A DNA stretch of 29,333 bases from Acaryochloridaceae cyanobacterium VAR_48_metabat_390 (GTDB taxonomy: Bacteria > Cyanobacteriota > Cyanobacteriia > Thermosynechococcales > Thermosynechococcaceae). Position numbers and translations under genes: made by a program. Within the stretch, counting starts at the first letter, position 1, and each line of letters opens with the position of its first letter. The notes under the pieces were generated by a model that saw only the letters and a program-made list of their open reading frames with translations, ran no database searches and was not told the DNA's origin. Shown here piece by piece: positions 1 to 9,795 of the stretch. The stretch is from assembly GCA_031422435.1 (NCBI GenBank), contig JANPLU010000114.1:1-29333 (forward strand). The letters run 5' to 3'.

Positions 1-136
1 GCAAGCTTAAGATTTTTCGGATTCTGGCTGAACGCTATCGTAATCGGCGTAAGCGTTTCGGATTACGATTCAACTTGATTGCCGCGATTATCAATTTTGA
101 ACTTGCACTCTCTCCATGATTCACGCAAGAGGTCTA
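1..136 (+). mobile_element. Right end of an IS5-family (ISL2/IS702-like) insertion sequence, running off the window start
   Basis: Frame from nt 3 reads KLKIFRILAERYRNRRKRFGLRFNLIAAIINFELALSP* (TGA 117-119), the typical C-terminus of cyanobacterial ISL2-group transposases. It is followed by TTCACGCAAGAGGTCTA (120-136; reverse complement TAGACCTCTTGCGTGAA), resembling the terminal inverted repeat. Exact end uncertain by about 2 nt. Confidence 0.85.
3..119 (+). CDS. IS5-family transposase, C-terminal 38 codons (partial at window edge)
   Basis: Manual translation; KIFRILxERYRNRRKRFGLRFNLIA motif. Confidence 0.85.
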   Translation, partial: KLKIFRILAERYRNRRKRFGLRFNLIAAIINFELALSP

Positions 137-893
137 TTGAAAACAGCCCTCCATTCACATAAGGAAACCCATTCGCCCAATTCGGAATCTTCGCTCCCTC
201 TCGCGCCTTCAGGGGCGTACCCATTGCCCGAAACAACACCGACAGCACCTCATGAGTATTCGACGAATTGATCGCGCTCATCTGCTGCACGGTTGACGTA
301 AATAAACCAGCGCCGTGAAAAATATTGGTATCCTCTGCAAAAAAGCAGAAGATCAGCCGCGCCATAAAATGATTCAGCGCCTCCCGTCGCTCTGCCTTGT
401 CCCAGTCAGGGTTATCCTTCAGTAGCTCAATATAAAGGCGGTTGAGGCGACCCGTCGCTTTAATATCAAACGCATTCTCACGGATCTGCTTAACCGTCGT
501 AATGCCCGCCAACGCCAAGAAAAAACCGAAGTGATCGGGAAAGTCAGGATAGTCACAGGCGATCGTCTCCCCATCCGCCAAGTTTTCTGCTTCAAAGCTT
601 TTGCCATCCGTCGCCAGAATAAACTTCGCCTTATATCGAGCCGTCGCCCCACTCTGCCGTAACGCTGCGAGGGTCGTTGTTACCTCGCCTTCTGGACAAA
701 CCTGCAAATGGATATTGTTGCGCTGGAGTACGCCATTGGGTAAATCAGATTGATTTGAGCTACCGCTTTTGAGCCTCTTGAGGGTCGTTGGCTTGTTACC
801 AAACGCTTCGAGAAATGCAAAAGGGAACTCTTCTGGGTCAAAGGGCGCTTCCGCCAGCCTAGAAACGGCTTCCTCAATTTCGACTGCATTCAT
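137..893 (-). pseudogene. MmeI/YeeA-like type IIL restriction-modification DNA methyltransferase, N-terminal part, interrupted by the IS
   Basis: ORF MNAVEIEEAVS... has ILATDG, RLIFCFFAEDT and FPYVNGGLF motifs of the MmeI N-terminal/helical spacer region. After GGLFS the reading frame enters the IS terminal repeat (IDLLRES... = ATA GAC CTC TTG CGT GAA). The methyltransferase and target-recognition domains are absent from the window. Confidence 0.85.
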
Positions 894-1002
894 AACTGCG
901 ACCGTCAATAGCTTAGGAAATTAATTATCGCCTCCCAACGTGATTTTTGACTTTACCCTGACTTTCAATACGCCCGCCCAAAATAAGGCAAGCTAACGGG
1001 TC

Positions 1003-1632
1003 TTAGATAGGCTTATGCGCCTGCAAAATCTGCAAACTGCCCCCCACTGCGTAAACAGTCTGCTCGAGCTGAAGGTTTGCCTTTGCTAAAGCATCTTCTA
1101 ATCCTGAGCGGATCAGCTCCCAAGACGTATGGGTCTCAAATAGCCATAGAAAAAGGGCTAGCCCAGGCCAAAAAATAGGGTTAGAGGGCGCATGAAAATC
1201 AATGAGCGTAAATACACCTCCTGGCTTTAGGACACGATACACCTCTTGCAAAATTTGGCTACGCTGGTCTGGCTCCATTTCGTGGAGCGCCATGCTAGTA
1301 TGCACCACATCAAAAGTTGCTTCTGCAAAAGGCATCGCTTCTGCAAACCCCTCGACAAAAATAGCCTGGGGAACATTGACTTGGGCACGGGCGATCGCCT
1401 TGGGTGACGCATCTAGCCCCGTAACGTGGTCAGACTGCTGCACCAACACCTGCGTCACAGGGCCACTGCCGCAGCAAAGATCCAGCACTTGGGTTTGGGG
1501 CTGAAGGTCAAGATGTTGAAGTGCCAAACGCCGCAGCCTGGCTTCTCCGCCCACGCTAATCGCCGTTAACTTCGTAATGCCGTCATAAAGCCAAGGATAG
1601 CGATAGCTCCAGGTTCTGAGAAGAGTTGCCAT
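1003..1632 (-). CDS. Class I SAM-dependent methyltransferase (UbiE/Methyltransf_11-like)
   Basis: VLDLCCGSG motif I, GLDAS, FDVV, EVYRVLKPGG; likely ATG at 1632 (MATLLRTWSY). Confidence 0.88.
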   Translation of the reverse strand: MATLLRTWSYRYPWLYDGITKLTAISVGGEARLRRLALQHLDLQPQTQVLDLCCGSGPVTQVLVQQSDHVTGLDASPKAIARAQVNVPQAIFVEGFAEAMPFAEATFDVVHTSMALHEMEPDQRSQILQEVYRVLKPGGVFTLIDFHAPSNPIFWPGLALFLWLFETHTSWELIRSGLEDALAKANLQLEQTVYAVGGSLQILQAHKPI

Positions 1633-1781
1633 AGGTCTATGTCTGTACAAAATTTTGATAAATTGGGAACCCTAGCAGTAAGCAGGTATTGTAGGCAGCG
1701 AGGTAAACTTTCGAGAAAGCCTACAATACACATTAACGTTGCTCCTCTGGAGTGTGTGCTCTTTCGGCTAAATGGTTTTCT

Positions 1782-2900
1782 ATGCTTAAGGCTTTCAACA
1801 CGTTTCGCAAATCTCTCAAAGTTTGGCACATCGCACCGCTGTTTCTACCACTGCTGCTTGGCTCAACCAATATTCGCGTTTCCCCTGCCACATCTAGCCT
1901 TCAGGGTGCAGTTCCTCCCATTCCGACCAGCGTTTTAATTGATCGCGAACTCGCAAAGTTTAGACAAACTCAGCCCCTCCCCAGCCAAATCCTCAGCACT
2001 TTTGCTGCACGTCCTTCACCCTACAAAAACCCAAAAGCGGCTGTGGTTCCTAAAACGCAGAGCAAGGTCCGGGCAGCATCCCCATCCGTTTCCTCAACTG
2101 TGATCGCTGCACCTAGCGCTCCTGCTCAAGCATCTTTGGCATCGCTGGCTACGCCCAAGCCTGCCCAAAATTTACCCCCGATTCCGCTGCGGGTGGCGAT
2201 CGCCTTCAAAGCAAAAACCCTCACCATTGCGACTTCAGACAACGGGGCGATCGCCAATCAGAACGGTCAAGCCATAGGTCAACTTACTGCTCAGACGGGT
2301 ATTGCCGTCACGCCGCTCTCTAATGGCGGGTTCCAGATTGGCGATTGGCAAACCCCTTCCATCGTGTGGATTAAGCCTCGCACAGCGGACGGACTTGTAT
2401 CTGTAGAGGGACGCTGGTACCGTGGCTCAGTGCAGTTGGTGGCGCAATCTGACGGCATCTTAGCTGTCAATCACGTTGACTTAGAGTCTTACCTCTATAG
2501 CGTTGTGGGGTCAGAAATGCCTACCTTTTGGCCTGCTGAGGCGCTCAAAGCACAGGCGATTACGGCTCGTTCCTATGCTCTCGTCCACATGACACGCAAT
2601 GCGGGTGAACTTTACGACCTAGGCGCAACCCCGCGCTGGCAAGCTTACAACGGCGCAGAATCTGAAACCAACACCACCCAAGCTGCCGTCAACGCCACCA
2701 AAGGGATCTTGCTGTCCTATCAAGGGGGAGTTGTGGAATCCCTCTATGCGTCCTCCATTGATATTGTCAAAGACGTTCATGGCGGGTTTGGCATGAGTCA
2801 AGAAGGGGCAAACCAGCTTGCCCAAAAAAGCTTTAGCTATCCGCAAATTTTGGGCTATTTTTACCCCGGCACGAGTTTAGCGGTACTCAACATTCGGTAA
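1782..2900 (+). CDS. SpoIID/LytB domain protein (peptidoglycan lytic transglycosylase-like)
   Basis: YRGSVQL, VNHVDLESYLYSVVGSEM, EALKAQAITARSYA, HGGFGMSQ, ILGYFYPGT motifs; hydrophobic N-terminus and Pro/Ala linker; ATG at 1782 preferred. Confidence 0.9.
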   Translation: MLKAFNTFRKSLKVWHIAPLFLPLLLGSTNIRVSPATSSLQGAVPPIPTSVLIDRELAKFRQTQPLPSQILSTFAARPSPYKNPKAAVVPKTQSKVRAASPSVSSTVIAAPSAPAQASLASLATPKPAQNLPPIPLRVAIAFKAKTLTIATSDNGAIANQNGQAIGQLTAQTGIAVTPLSNGGFQIGDWQTPSIVWIKPRTADGLVSVEGRWYRGSVQLVAQSDGILAVNHVDLESYLYSVVGSEMPTFWPAEALKAQAITARSYALVHMTRNAGELYDLGATPRWQAYNGAESETNTTQAAVNATKGILLSYQGGVVESLYASSIDIVKDVHGGFGMSQEGANQLAQKSFSYPQILGYFYPGTSLAVLNIR

Positions 2901-3203
2901 AACTTATGCTTGTAGACAAGTGGCTTTAAATGGCTGCAACTGCAAATTCAGATTTTGATGAAAGGAGTAGAAAACTAAAAAGATAGGCCAAACCCTTGAG
3001 AGGAAAAGTTTGTAGAGTCAAAGGCGCTGAGCATTCAGGGTTTGTTGAGATATCTGTATCGGGTAATCACAGCGATCAAAGCCCCCCGAAAGACGACATA
3101 GGAAACCCCCTTAAACTCAATGAGATAAGAACTGATTGGGATTCAAGGGTTGAAGCAAGATTGATAGCCTTGCACCCTAATTGATAGGGCCACTGATATA
3201 GAA

Positions 3204-3290
3204 CGGAGAGGAGAGGATTCGAACCTCCGGATACATTGCTGCATCATCTGATTTCAAGTCAGACGCAATCGACCACTCTGCCACCTCTCC
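3204..3290 (-). tRNA. trnS: tRNA-Ser (anticodon TGA)
   Basis: Reverse complement GGAGAGGTGGCAGAGTGGTCGATTGCG-TCTGA-CTTGAAA-TCAGA, long variable arm, GGAGG-TTCGAAT-CCTCT-CCTCTCCG. Acceptor stem GGAGAGG/CCTCTCC; CCA not encoded. Confidence 0.97.
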
Positions 3291-3386
3291 AAACAAAAGA
3301 CGTCCCTCAAAAGGACGTTCTATTTCTATACTATCCTAACTTAGAGCTGAGCGTTCCTTCTTCCTATCGTAAGCTTTTTCTCCCCT

Positions 3387-3833
3387 ATGACCGTAGCCCA
3401 AGACCGTCCACTGAATGCCCTGCCGTTTATTTTAGGGTTTGACCCAGGCCGAGATAAATGTGGTGTGGCGGTTGTTTGTACCGATCGCAACGTATGGTTT
3501 CATCAAGTGGTTCCTGCCGCTGAGGCGATCGCCATCATCAATAGGCTGGGGCAGCAGTACGACATCACACAGCTTGTGTTAGGCAACCAAACCACCGCGC
3601 TGCAGTGGCGACAGCAGCTAGAGCAACATCTTGCGCCCCCCTTACCCATTGCCCTCATAGATGAGCGTTACAGCACCCTTGAAGCCCGCGATCGCTATTG
3701 GGCGATGTACCCGCCCAAAGGTCTAACGCGGCTCATCCCCCAAGGGATGCGTGACGTACCGCGTCCCATTGATGACATTGTGGCCATCATTTTAGTAGAG
3801 CGCTATTTAGAACAACGCGCCTTAGGCTCCTAG
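3387..3833 (+). CDS. yqgF: YqgF/RuvX family pre-16S rRNA nuclease (RNase H fold)
   Basis: ILGFDPGRDKCGVA, IDERYSTLEAR, DDIVAIILVERYL motifs. Confidence 0.9.
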   Translation: MTVAQDRPLNALPFILGFDPGRDKCGVAVVCTDRNVWFHQVVPAAEAIAIINRLGQQYDITQLVLGNQTTALQWRQQLEQHLAPPLPIALIDERYSTLEARDRYWAMYPPKGLTRLIPQGMRDVPRPIDDIVAIILVERYLEQRALGS

Positions 3834-4748
3834 CCGATATTGTTCATACACCTGACTAGCAGCACGGTGAAGCAAAGAATGTCGGTAAACAAGACCGGAG
3901 AGATCTTTGCTATAGCCGCCACCAATGACACAGGCCACCGGATACCCGTGACCCACACAGGTGCTTAATACCTGCATTTCTCGCCGAAAGAGTCCCGTAT
4001 CGGTCAGGGCGAGTTTGCCAAGCTGGTCGTCAAGGTGAGGATCAACCCCAGCATCGTACAGAACTAAATCGGGCTTTACTTGGGTTAACAAGTCTGGCAG
4101 ATACTGGGCAAGGGTTTGTAGGTAAGCGTCATCTTCCATTCCCTCGGGCAGCGGTATATCTAAATCGCTCTGCTGTTTTTTACCTGGAAAGTTACTGTCG
4201 CAGTGCATCGAAAAGGTAAAGACGCTGGGGTCGTTTTGGAAAATATAGGCCGTTCCGTCGCCTTGATGCACGTCTAAATCGACAATCAAGATTTTTTGCA
4301 CTAGGTTTAGAGACTGTAATGTGCGAGCGGCGAGCGCCAAATCATTAAAAATGCAAAAACCAGACCCATAGCCCGGAAAGGCATGGTGTGTCCCTCCCGC
4401 TGTATTGCAGGCTAAACCATGAGCCAGCGCCAATTGCGCGGTCAGCACCGAGCCACCCACTGCAATGTGGGTGCGGTGGGCAAGCGCCTCGCTCCAGGGT
4501 AGGCCAATGCGCCGCTGGGCTTTTTCATCCAGCGTTCCGGTTTGATAGGCTTTGACATATTCTGGTAAATGTACCAGCTCAAGCCAACACGCTGGCGGCA
4601 GCTCAGGGGTATAAAACTGCTGAGGTACTGCAACGCCATCCTCTAGTAAGAGTGCGTAGAGATCTCGAAACTTTGCCATCGGAAACCGATGCCCCTCCGG
4701 CAGAGGCGCAACGTAGTCTGAGTGATAAACCAAAGGCAGCAACGGCAT
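3822..4748 (-). CDS. Histone deacetylase family (Zn-dependent) protein
   Basis: HRFPM, GGTHHA, GFCIFND, DLDVHQGDGT, YDAGVD, GGGY motifs. Confidence 0.93.
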   Translation of the reverse strand: MPLLPLVYHSDYVAPLPEGHRFPMAKFRDLYALLLEDGVAVPQQFYTPELPPACWLELVHLPEYVKAYQTGTLDEKAQRRIGLPWSEALAHRTHIAVGGSVLTAQLALAHGLACNTAGGTHHAFPGYGSGFCIFNDLALAARTLQSLNLVQKILIVDLDVHQGDGTAYIFQNDPSVFTFSMHCDSNFPGKKQQSDLDIPLPEGMEDDAYLQTLAQYLPDLLTQVKPDLVLYDAGVDPHLDDQLGKLALTDTGLFRREMQVLSTCVGHGYPVACVIGGGYSKDLSGLVYRHSLLHRAASQVYEQYRLGA

Positions 4749-6151
4749 TAAAGCAATGGCTGAAGAGCTTCGGCAACAGCTGCGGCAGACTCATAGCGCT
4801 GATTCGGCTGTGGATGGGTAAGCTTTTCAATAATGTCGGCAAGTTGAGGACTGATATTAGGGACGTCCTGTACCTGTAAGCGAAAATCATTGTCCCCCAG
4901 TCGATAGAATGCATCAGGCTCTTGCCCCGTCAATAAATAGATGAGCGTCGCACCCAACGCATAGAGATCAGACAGCGCCCCATCTTCGTTTATCTGCTGT
5001 TCAGGAGAGTGATAGCTTCCAGCACCACTGAGGGTTCCCGACTCTGAAGATATTCCTTTAATTTCGCCAAATCCTATCAACACGGCCTGACTAAACCCAC
5101 GGGGTATTCTGGGGCGGATTAAATTAGACGGTTGAATTCTGCGGTGGATATAGGGAGGCGTTTGGGTATGCAAAAAGTCGAGTAGCCGACTTAGCTCTAA
5201 GGCACACTGAATGGCCTGATAGGATGACATCGATCCTCGCTGCACAATCCAGTCTCTCAAGTTAGGGCCGTGAATCATTTCACTCACGAGGTAGGGCTGA
5301 CCTCCACTTTCAAATGCTTCAAAAAACTTAGGCATGCCAGGATGCTCTAAGTGACACAATAGCTGTGCCTGAGCTTCAAACTCCTGCACTAAAAGAGCAC
5401 TTTCTTGATCTCCCTGCCTCAGGGTATTCAACACGACGGTATGACCACCGCGCCATGCCATCAAAATGTTGCCGAGAGAATTGAGCGGCTTTAAGACCTG
5501 GTAATCGCCAATGACCTTAAGGGAATGAACGGGAAAGCCGCAGTCTGTGCAGATCAGCGAACCCTCTGGTGCACCTTGATGACGGCAAGGGTGCGACGGC
5601 AGCAGGGCCTCGGCATTGGTTTCCCCAAAGAGCGGGTAGCGCCCACTCACGTAAAATGGAGAGCGACTTGGGACATACGGCGCCGCTGCCGCTACCCCTT
5701 CCTGTTCATCTTCGGGCGGTTCTCCCTGACTCAGTTCAGCCACCATAGCCTGGGGGGGATGCTCTACTTCAGCCGCTACACTTTGGCTTGTGCTTGCGAG
5801 TTCTCCATGCCCTTCAGAACGACTAACCCCTTCTCCCCCCTGAGAATAGCTATCATCAATAGAAATCTGAATGTTGGGTCCAGATCGAGCCAAACGCATA
5901 ATGCTGCCGTTGATGAGTGGCGCTTGGTGAACGCGTTTGCCATCTAAGTAGGTTCCATTAGTGCCTAAATTCACAACCTCCCACTGGTTGTCTGTGAGTC
6001 GAATCTCGACGTGATATCGAGAAACAACTGCACTATAGAGAACGACCTGATTATCGACGGCTCGACCAATCCGAACCGCAGGGTCTTGCTCAAAGCTCCA
6101 GCTTTGAACGGGTGTAGATTGAACCGGATGCAAGAGCGTTAGCGTAATCAC
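4748..6151 (-). CDS. FHA domain + Cys/His zinc knuckle + Ser/Thr kinase-like domain (apparent pseudokinase)
   Basis: FHA: RIGR..DN, VSRYH, GTNGTYLDG; CRH...CTDCG; kinase scaffold LEHPGMPKF, YHSPEQ, SDLYALG, RY; catalytic motifs substituted. Confidence 0.88.
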   Translation of the reverse strand: MITLTLLHPVQSTPVQSWSFEQDPAVRIGRAVDNQVVLYSAVVSRYHVEIRLTDNQWEVVNLGTNGTYLDGKRVHQAPLINGSIMRLARSGPNIQISIDDSYSQGGEGVSRSEGHGELASTSQSVAAEVEHPPQAMVAELSQGEPPEDEQEGVAAAAPYVPSRSPFYVSGRYPLFGETNAEALLPSHPCRHQGAPEGSLICTDCGFPVHSLKVIGDYQVLKPLNSLGNILMAWRGGHTVVLNTLRQGDQESALLVQEFEAQAQLLCHLEHPGMPKFFEAFESGGQPYLVSEMIHGPNLRDWIVQRGSMSSYQAIQCALELSRLLDFLHTQTPPYIHRRIQPSNLIRPRIPRGFSQAVLIGFGEIKGISSESGTLSGAGSYHSPEQQINEDGALSDLYALGATLIYLLTGQEPDAFYRLGDNDFRLQVQDVPNISPQLADIIEKLTHPQPNQRYESAAAVAEALQPLL

Positions 6152-6153
6152 GG

Positions 6154-6894
6154 TTAATTCATTTTAAAGATGAACGTCATAAGCTCGCCCTTTCCTAGGG
6201 TAATGCGATCGCCCACTCGGAGGCGGTATCGTGTACTGGGCGTCAGGGGCATGTTGTTGAGATAGGTTCCATTGGCGCTACCCACATCTTCAATAAAGAA
6301 GTGCCCTTCTTCAAGATGGATGGCAGAATGAACCCTGGAAACCACTTCAGCACTTGAAAAGAGACTAACATTTATATCAGGCGGCACTCGCTCATTGGGC
6401 TTGCCAATATAAATGATCGACTTGGCGTCTTGGATGAGCGAGATTAGCGTATTGCTTTGAGCGTGGAGCAGTGATGCAGATTGTGTTTGAATCTGAGTAT
6501 CGACTACTTTTTCGTGAGGCTGATCACTGGGCGTTGCGTCTTGATTTTCTAAATTTACACTGACAGATTGAACGGTCGTCTGGAGCTTGAAATCATCACC
6601 CTCTTTTTCTGGCACAAAGGCAGTAATGGGGGGGCTTAAGTCTGCAATCGGCTCTGGCGGGAAAGGGATTGGCAAGATAGTGTCACTGTCAATCTTCTTC
6701 GTATTTACAGACTCAATGGGCCGATTGGCGGAAAGCTGTAAATTGAAGCCGCAGTTGCCGCAGAAATGAGCATCCTCCAAAACAGGAGACCCGCAGTTGG
6801 AGCAGCTAGACAACTCTGGAAGCTTGGATCCACAGGCTTCACAGTATGATGCTTCATCGAGATTGTGATGGAGACAGTTAACGCAGACAATCAT
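6154..6894 (-). CDS. Double zinc ribbon + FHA domain protein
   Basis: CVNC/CEAC/CSNC/CGNC at the N-terminus; IGKPN, VSRVH, DVGSANGT FHA motifs at the C-terminus. Confidence 0.9.
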   Translation of the reverse strand: MIVCVNCLHHNLDEASYCEACGSKLPELSSCSNCGSPVLEDAHFCGNCGFNLQLSANRPIESVNTKKIDSDTILPIPFPPEPIADLSPPITAFVPEKEGDDFKLQTTVQSVSVNLENQDATPSDQPHEKVVDTQIQTQSASLLHAQSNTLISLIQDAKSIIYIGKPNERVPPDINVSLFSSAEVVSRVHSAIHLEEGHFFIEDVGSANGTYLNNMPLTPSTRYRLRVGDRITLGKGELMTFIFKMN

Positions 6895-7209
6895 AGTGGG
6901 ACAAACAAATACTTAGAACTTCTGCCAAAAAGTAACCATGACAATGAGTTAAAAGGCTTCGAGCTTAAAAACGATGCACTTTTGGATGGTTCGACAAAAG
7001 CAAAAACGTTTTTTAAATTAAGCTAAAACGTAGAGGCAGCTTTACTCCTGTGAGAGAGACACTATTGTCGCATTTCTTCTCCTATTTTGGCGATGGGGTT
7101 AATTTACAAGCTAGTGCTATCACCTTCAAAAGACCGATCTTTCAAGACTATATCCTATGCGCTTTTAATTCAATTAAAAAAGACGAATACAAAGGCTGAC
7201 CGTGATGAT

Positions 7210-7941
7210 TTATTGAACCACCGAACTAACGTTGAGGTCTTCTCCAGCCGCCTGATCGAGGAGCCAATACAGTTTGCCGTTGGGCTGTACAAATCGAGCG
7301 GGGTAGGTAAAGGGATCTGCTCGATCTAACAAAATGGATTTGAGAGCAGGCTTTTTGTTTGAGCCTGCTACTAAAAACAAGACGAAATGCGCTTCATTAA
7401 GAAGCGGAATCGTAAAGGTTAATCGCGGGTCAGACCCACGATAGCCTACACCAATGAGGCGATCGCACACGTTAAGCACTGCAGTATGCGGAAACAGTGA
7501 GGCGGTATGTCCATCATCGCCTAGCCCTAGCAAGATCAGATCAAAGGCGGGAATAGCTTGAGTGCCAAAAAACGACCGTAAGTGTGCCTCGTACTGCTGG
7601 GCCGATTCTGCTGGATTTTGCGCTTGGGTAGGCATCGGGTGAAGATTTTCAGCAGGGAAAGGGACACGATCCAGCCATGCTCGACGCGCCATACCTTCGT
7701 TACTGTCTGGATGGGTAGCGCTGACATACCGTTCATCACCCCAAAAGACGTGAATTTTATTCCAGGGCAAATCTTGTGTAGACAGCTTTTCGTACAGCGG
7801 TTTTGGCGTGGAGCCTCCTGCTAAGGCGATGGTGAATTGTCCCCGTTGGGCGATCGCCACCCGACAGGCATCAACAACCAGCGCTGCCGCATCATCTACC
7901 AGCGCATTCACATCCGCTAGCACTTTAAGGTTGAATTCCAT
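7210..7941 (-). CDS. pgl: 6-phosphogluconolactonase
   Basis: ALAGGSTP, FWGDERYV, LLGLGDDGHTASLFP motifs; ATG at 7941 (MEFNLKV) preferred over the longer ORF. Confidence 0.95.
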   Translation of the reverse strand: MEFNLKVLADVNALVDDAAALVVDACRVAIAQRGQFTIALAGGSTPKPLYEKLSTQDLPWNKIHVFWGDERYVSATHPDSNEGMARRAWLDRVPFPAENLHPMPTQAQNPAESAQQYEAHLRSFFGTQAIPAFDLILLGLGDDGHTASLFPHTAVLNVCDRLIGVGYRGSDPRLTFTIPLLNEAHFVLFLVAGSNKKPALKSILLDRADPFTYPARFVQPNGKLYWLLDQAAGEDLNVSSVVQ

Positions 7942-9562
7942 AAGCAGACCTTTGGGTAGAGGGCATTGTTGCCAGAGTTTGAATCGTGAGCGCCTGAGGC
8001 GGCGTCGCATCAGGCGGATACAGATAATCGAGTGAAATCAGCCTATCCTCCTTGGATGGGAGATTAACCACTGCTAAAGGCTCCCCCTGTTGTCCTTGTC
8101 GTTGGTTCAGATGATAGTACCGAAGCTGGGGGGTTCCGCTGTCATCCTTATAACGAACCCGAACGGTTCCCCGAAAAAAGACCTGGTCAGGTAAAGATCG
8201 TAAAAAGTGCAGCCCTTTATTCCATTGGTTCTTTTTGAGCGGGGTCTGAATTGAAACCGCAACCTGCTGAGCTGTTTCGGTGGGGTTATACAGCGGCAGC
8301 GACATCTCATAGTGAACGCCGTAGTTACCGTGAGACATCCAGGCCGTATCAGGATAGCGAACCAGCATGGGCGCACTTTGAATTTGACCAGTACCAAAGG
8401 TGCCACGGGGCAGCGTACTTAACCCATAGGAAAACGCTCCCCCTGTCACCGGAATCGTCAATCGTTTGCTGCGTGGCGTATCGGTAATTCTGGCCTGCCA
8501 CTGAGAACCCCGACTAATGCCAGCCCCTCGCCCGTAGAAAAATTGATTAGTTTCGCTATCGGTTGTAGAAGGCGGCAGGTCGCGGGGCTGCACCAGCTTT
8601 CCCTTCACCACCAAGTTTTCCCAGTCAGATTTTTGCGGCACCCCTTCTAGCCCATTGGGCGCAACAGCAGCATACATCGCTAAGTAGGCCATATAAACAG
8701 GCCCATCGCTGTAGAGCTGAAGCATTGTAGAGCGCGTATTTGAGGAAGCCGCAGTATTAAGAAGAATCGCTTTTGAGGGAATATTTCGCCCTAAAGACAA
8801 TTTTTGCTGAAGGATTGCGGGCAGCGTAATGCGGGAGGTTGGAAGCACAGACAATCTTGAAAGCGCAGGGCGTGGGACTGGCGTGGGCAGACTCATGAGC
8901 ATCTGGGACGACTTAGGACGCAAGTAAATCCGCGACGGCCAATGGGGGAGTCGATTACTGCGCAGCAGCGCATCGGTCAGACGACCTCCAGGACCCGAGA
9001 AAATACGCCCCAGTGGATTCTCTAAAAAAGAGGGCAGCTCAACATAGGGCGCTTCGGGGTTGCCTAAAAAGCTGCCTGCTTTTAAGACGCTAACCACAAT
9101 GGGTTTACTGGCGCTGGGGTTATAGATCAGGATGCCGTTGTAAAGCGTGGGCGTGGTATCGGGCTTATCTGTTTTGGCAATGTGGTGGGCAAAAACATCA
9201 AAGCGACCCTGGAGCGGATAGTTGAGGTGTACGTTTGGGTTTAGTTTCCCTTGGGGGGGAAAGGTAGAGAGCAGAATCCCAGGCTCCCGAATAGCTTCTG
9301 GGCTGTTGCTATTAAAGACTGGAACTGAATCCAAGCTCCCTGGCAACGGTCTAATATCTTGAGGCTGAAGAATTTCTCTGCCGCTAACGATGATTTGACT
9401 GGCGATTGGATAGCCATTTACAGCCTGAAGAGAAGGCAGTTGAGCGACAGATTGCCTGGAAGTCGCAGGATTTGCGTCCGTTAGAATGATGGGAAGTTGG
9501 GCTAGTGCGACTGCCGTCCCTAAGGTTAAAAATCGTGCGCGCCAATTCTGAAGCATTGACAT
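7925..9562 (-). CDS. DUF3370 family secreted cyanobacterial protein
   Basis: Signal-like N-terminus; RPLPGSLD.VPVFNSNSPE, GILLSTFP, HGNYGV, YPPDATPPQ motifs. Confidence 0.8.
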   Translation of the reverse strand: MSMLQNWRARFLTLGTAVALAQLPIILTDANPATSRQSVAQLPSLQAVNGYPIASQIIVSGREILQPQDIRPLPGSLDSVPVFNSNSPEAIREPGILLSTFPPQGKLNPNVHLNYPLQGRFDVFAHHIAKTDKPDTTPTLYNGILIYNPSASKPIVVSVLKAGSFLGNPEAPYVELPSFLENPLGRIFSGPGGRLTDALLRSNRLPHWPSRIYLRPKSSQMLMSLPTPVPRPALSRLSVLPTSRITLPAILQQKLSLGRNIPSKAILLNTAASSNTRSTMLQLYSDGPVYMAYLAMYAAVAPNGLEGVPQKSDWENLVVKGKLVQPRDLPPSTTDSETNQFFYGRGAGISRGSQWQARITDTPRSKRLTIPVTGGAFSYGLSTLPRGTFGTGQIQSAPMLVRYPDTAWMSHGNYGVHYEMSLPLYNPTETAQQVAVSIQTPLKKNQWNKGLHFLRSLPDQVFFRGTVRVRYKDDSGTPQLRYYHLNQRQGQQGEPLAVVNLPSKEDRLISLDYLYPPDATPPQALTIQTLATMPSTQRSAYGIQP

Positions 9563-9795
9563 TTAATAAGCGAACAGTTGGACTATACGTTTTGAGTGGG
9601 GTGGGCTTCAGCACGTCGCAATGGTTAGAAGGATGCCAAAACCGACGCAGCCTGCTTAAATTAGCCACCATTAACGACAAATTGCCCCACAACGTTGTGC
9701 AAGCTTTTGTAGCAAACCACACATAACCCTACCACTGCTCATCAAAAGCAGTCTAGTCCCAGCCCGGGTCGACTGGCTCAAACTGTCGCTGTTAC

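Noticed and set aside
63..136. C-terminal tail of the 281-aa ORF as genuine protein sequence
   Set aside because: It is read-through into the antisense strand of the IS end.
3236..3442. 68-aa plus-strand ORF
   Set aside because: Antisense to tRNA-Ser and overlaps yqgF; no recognisable motifs.
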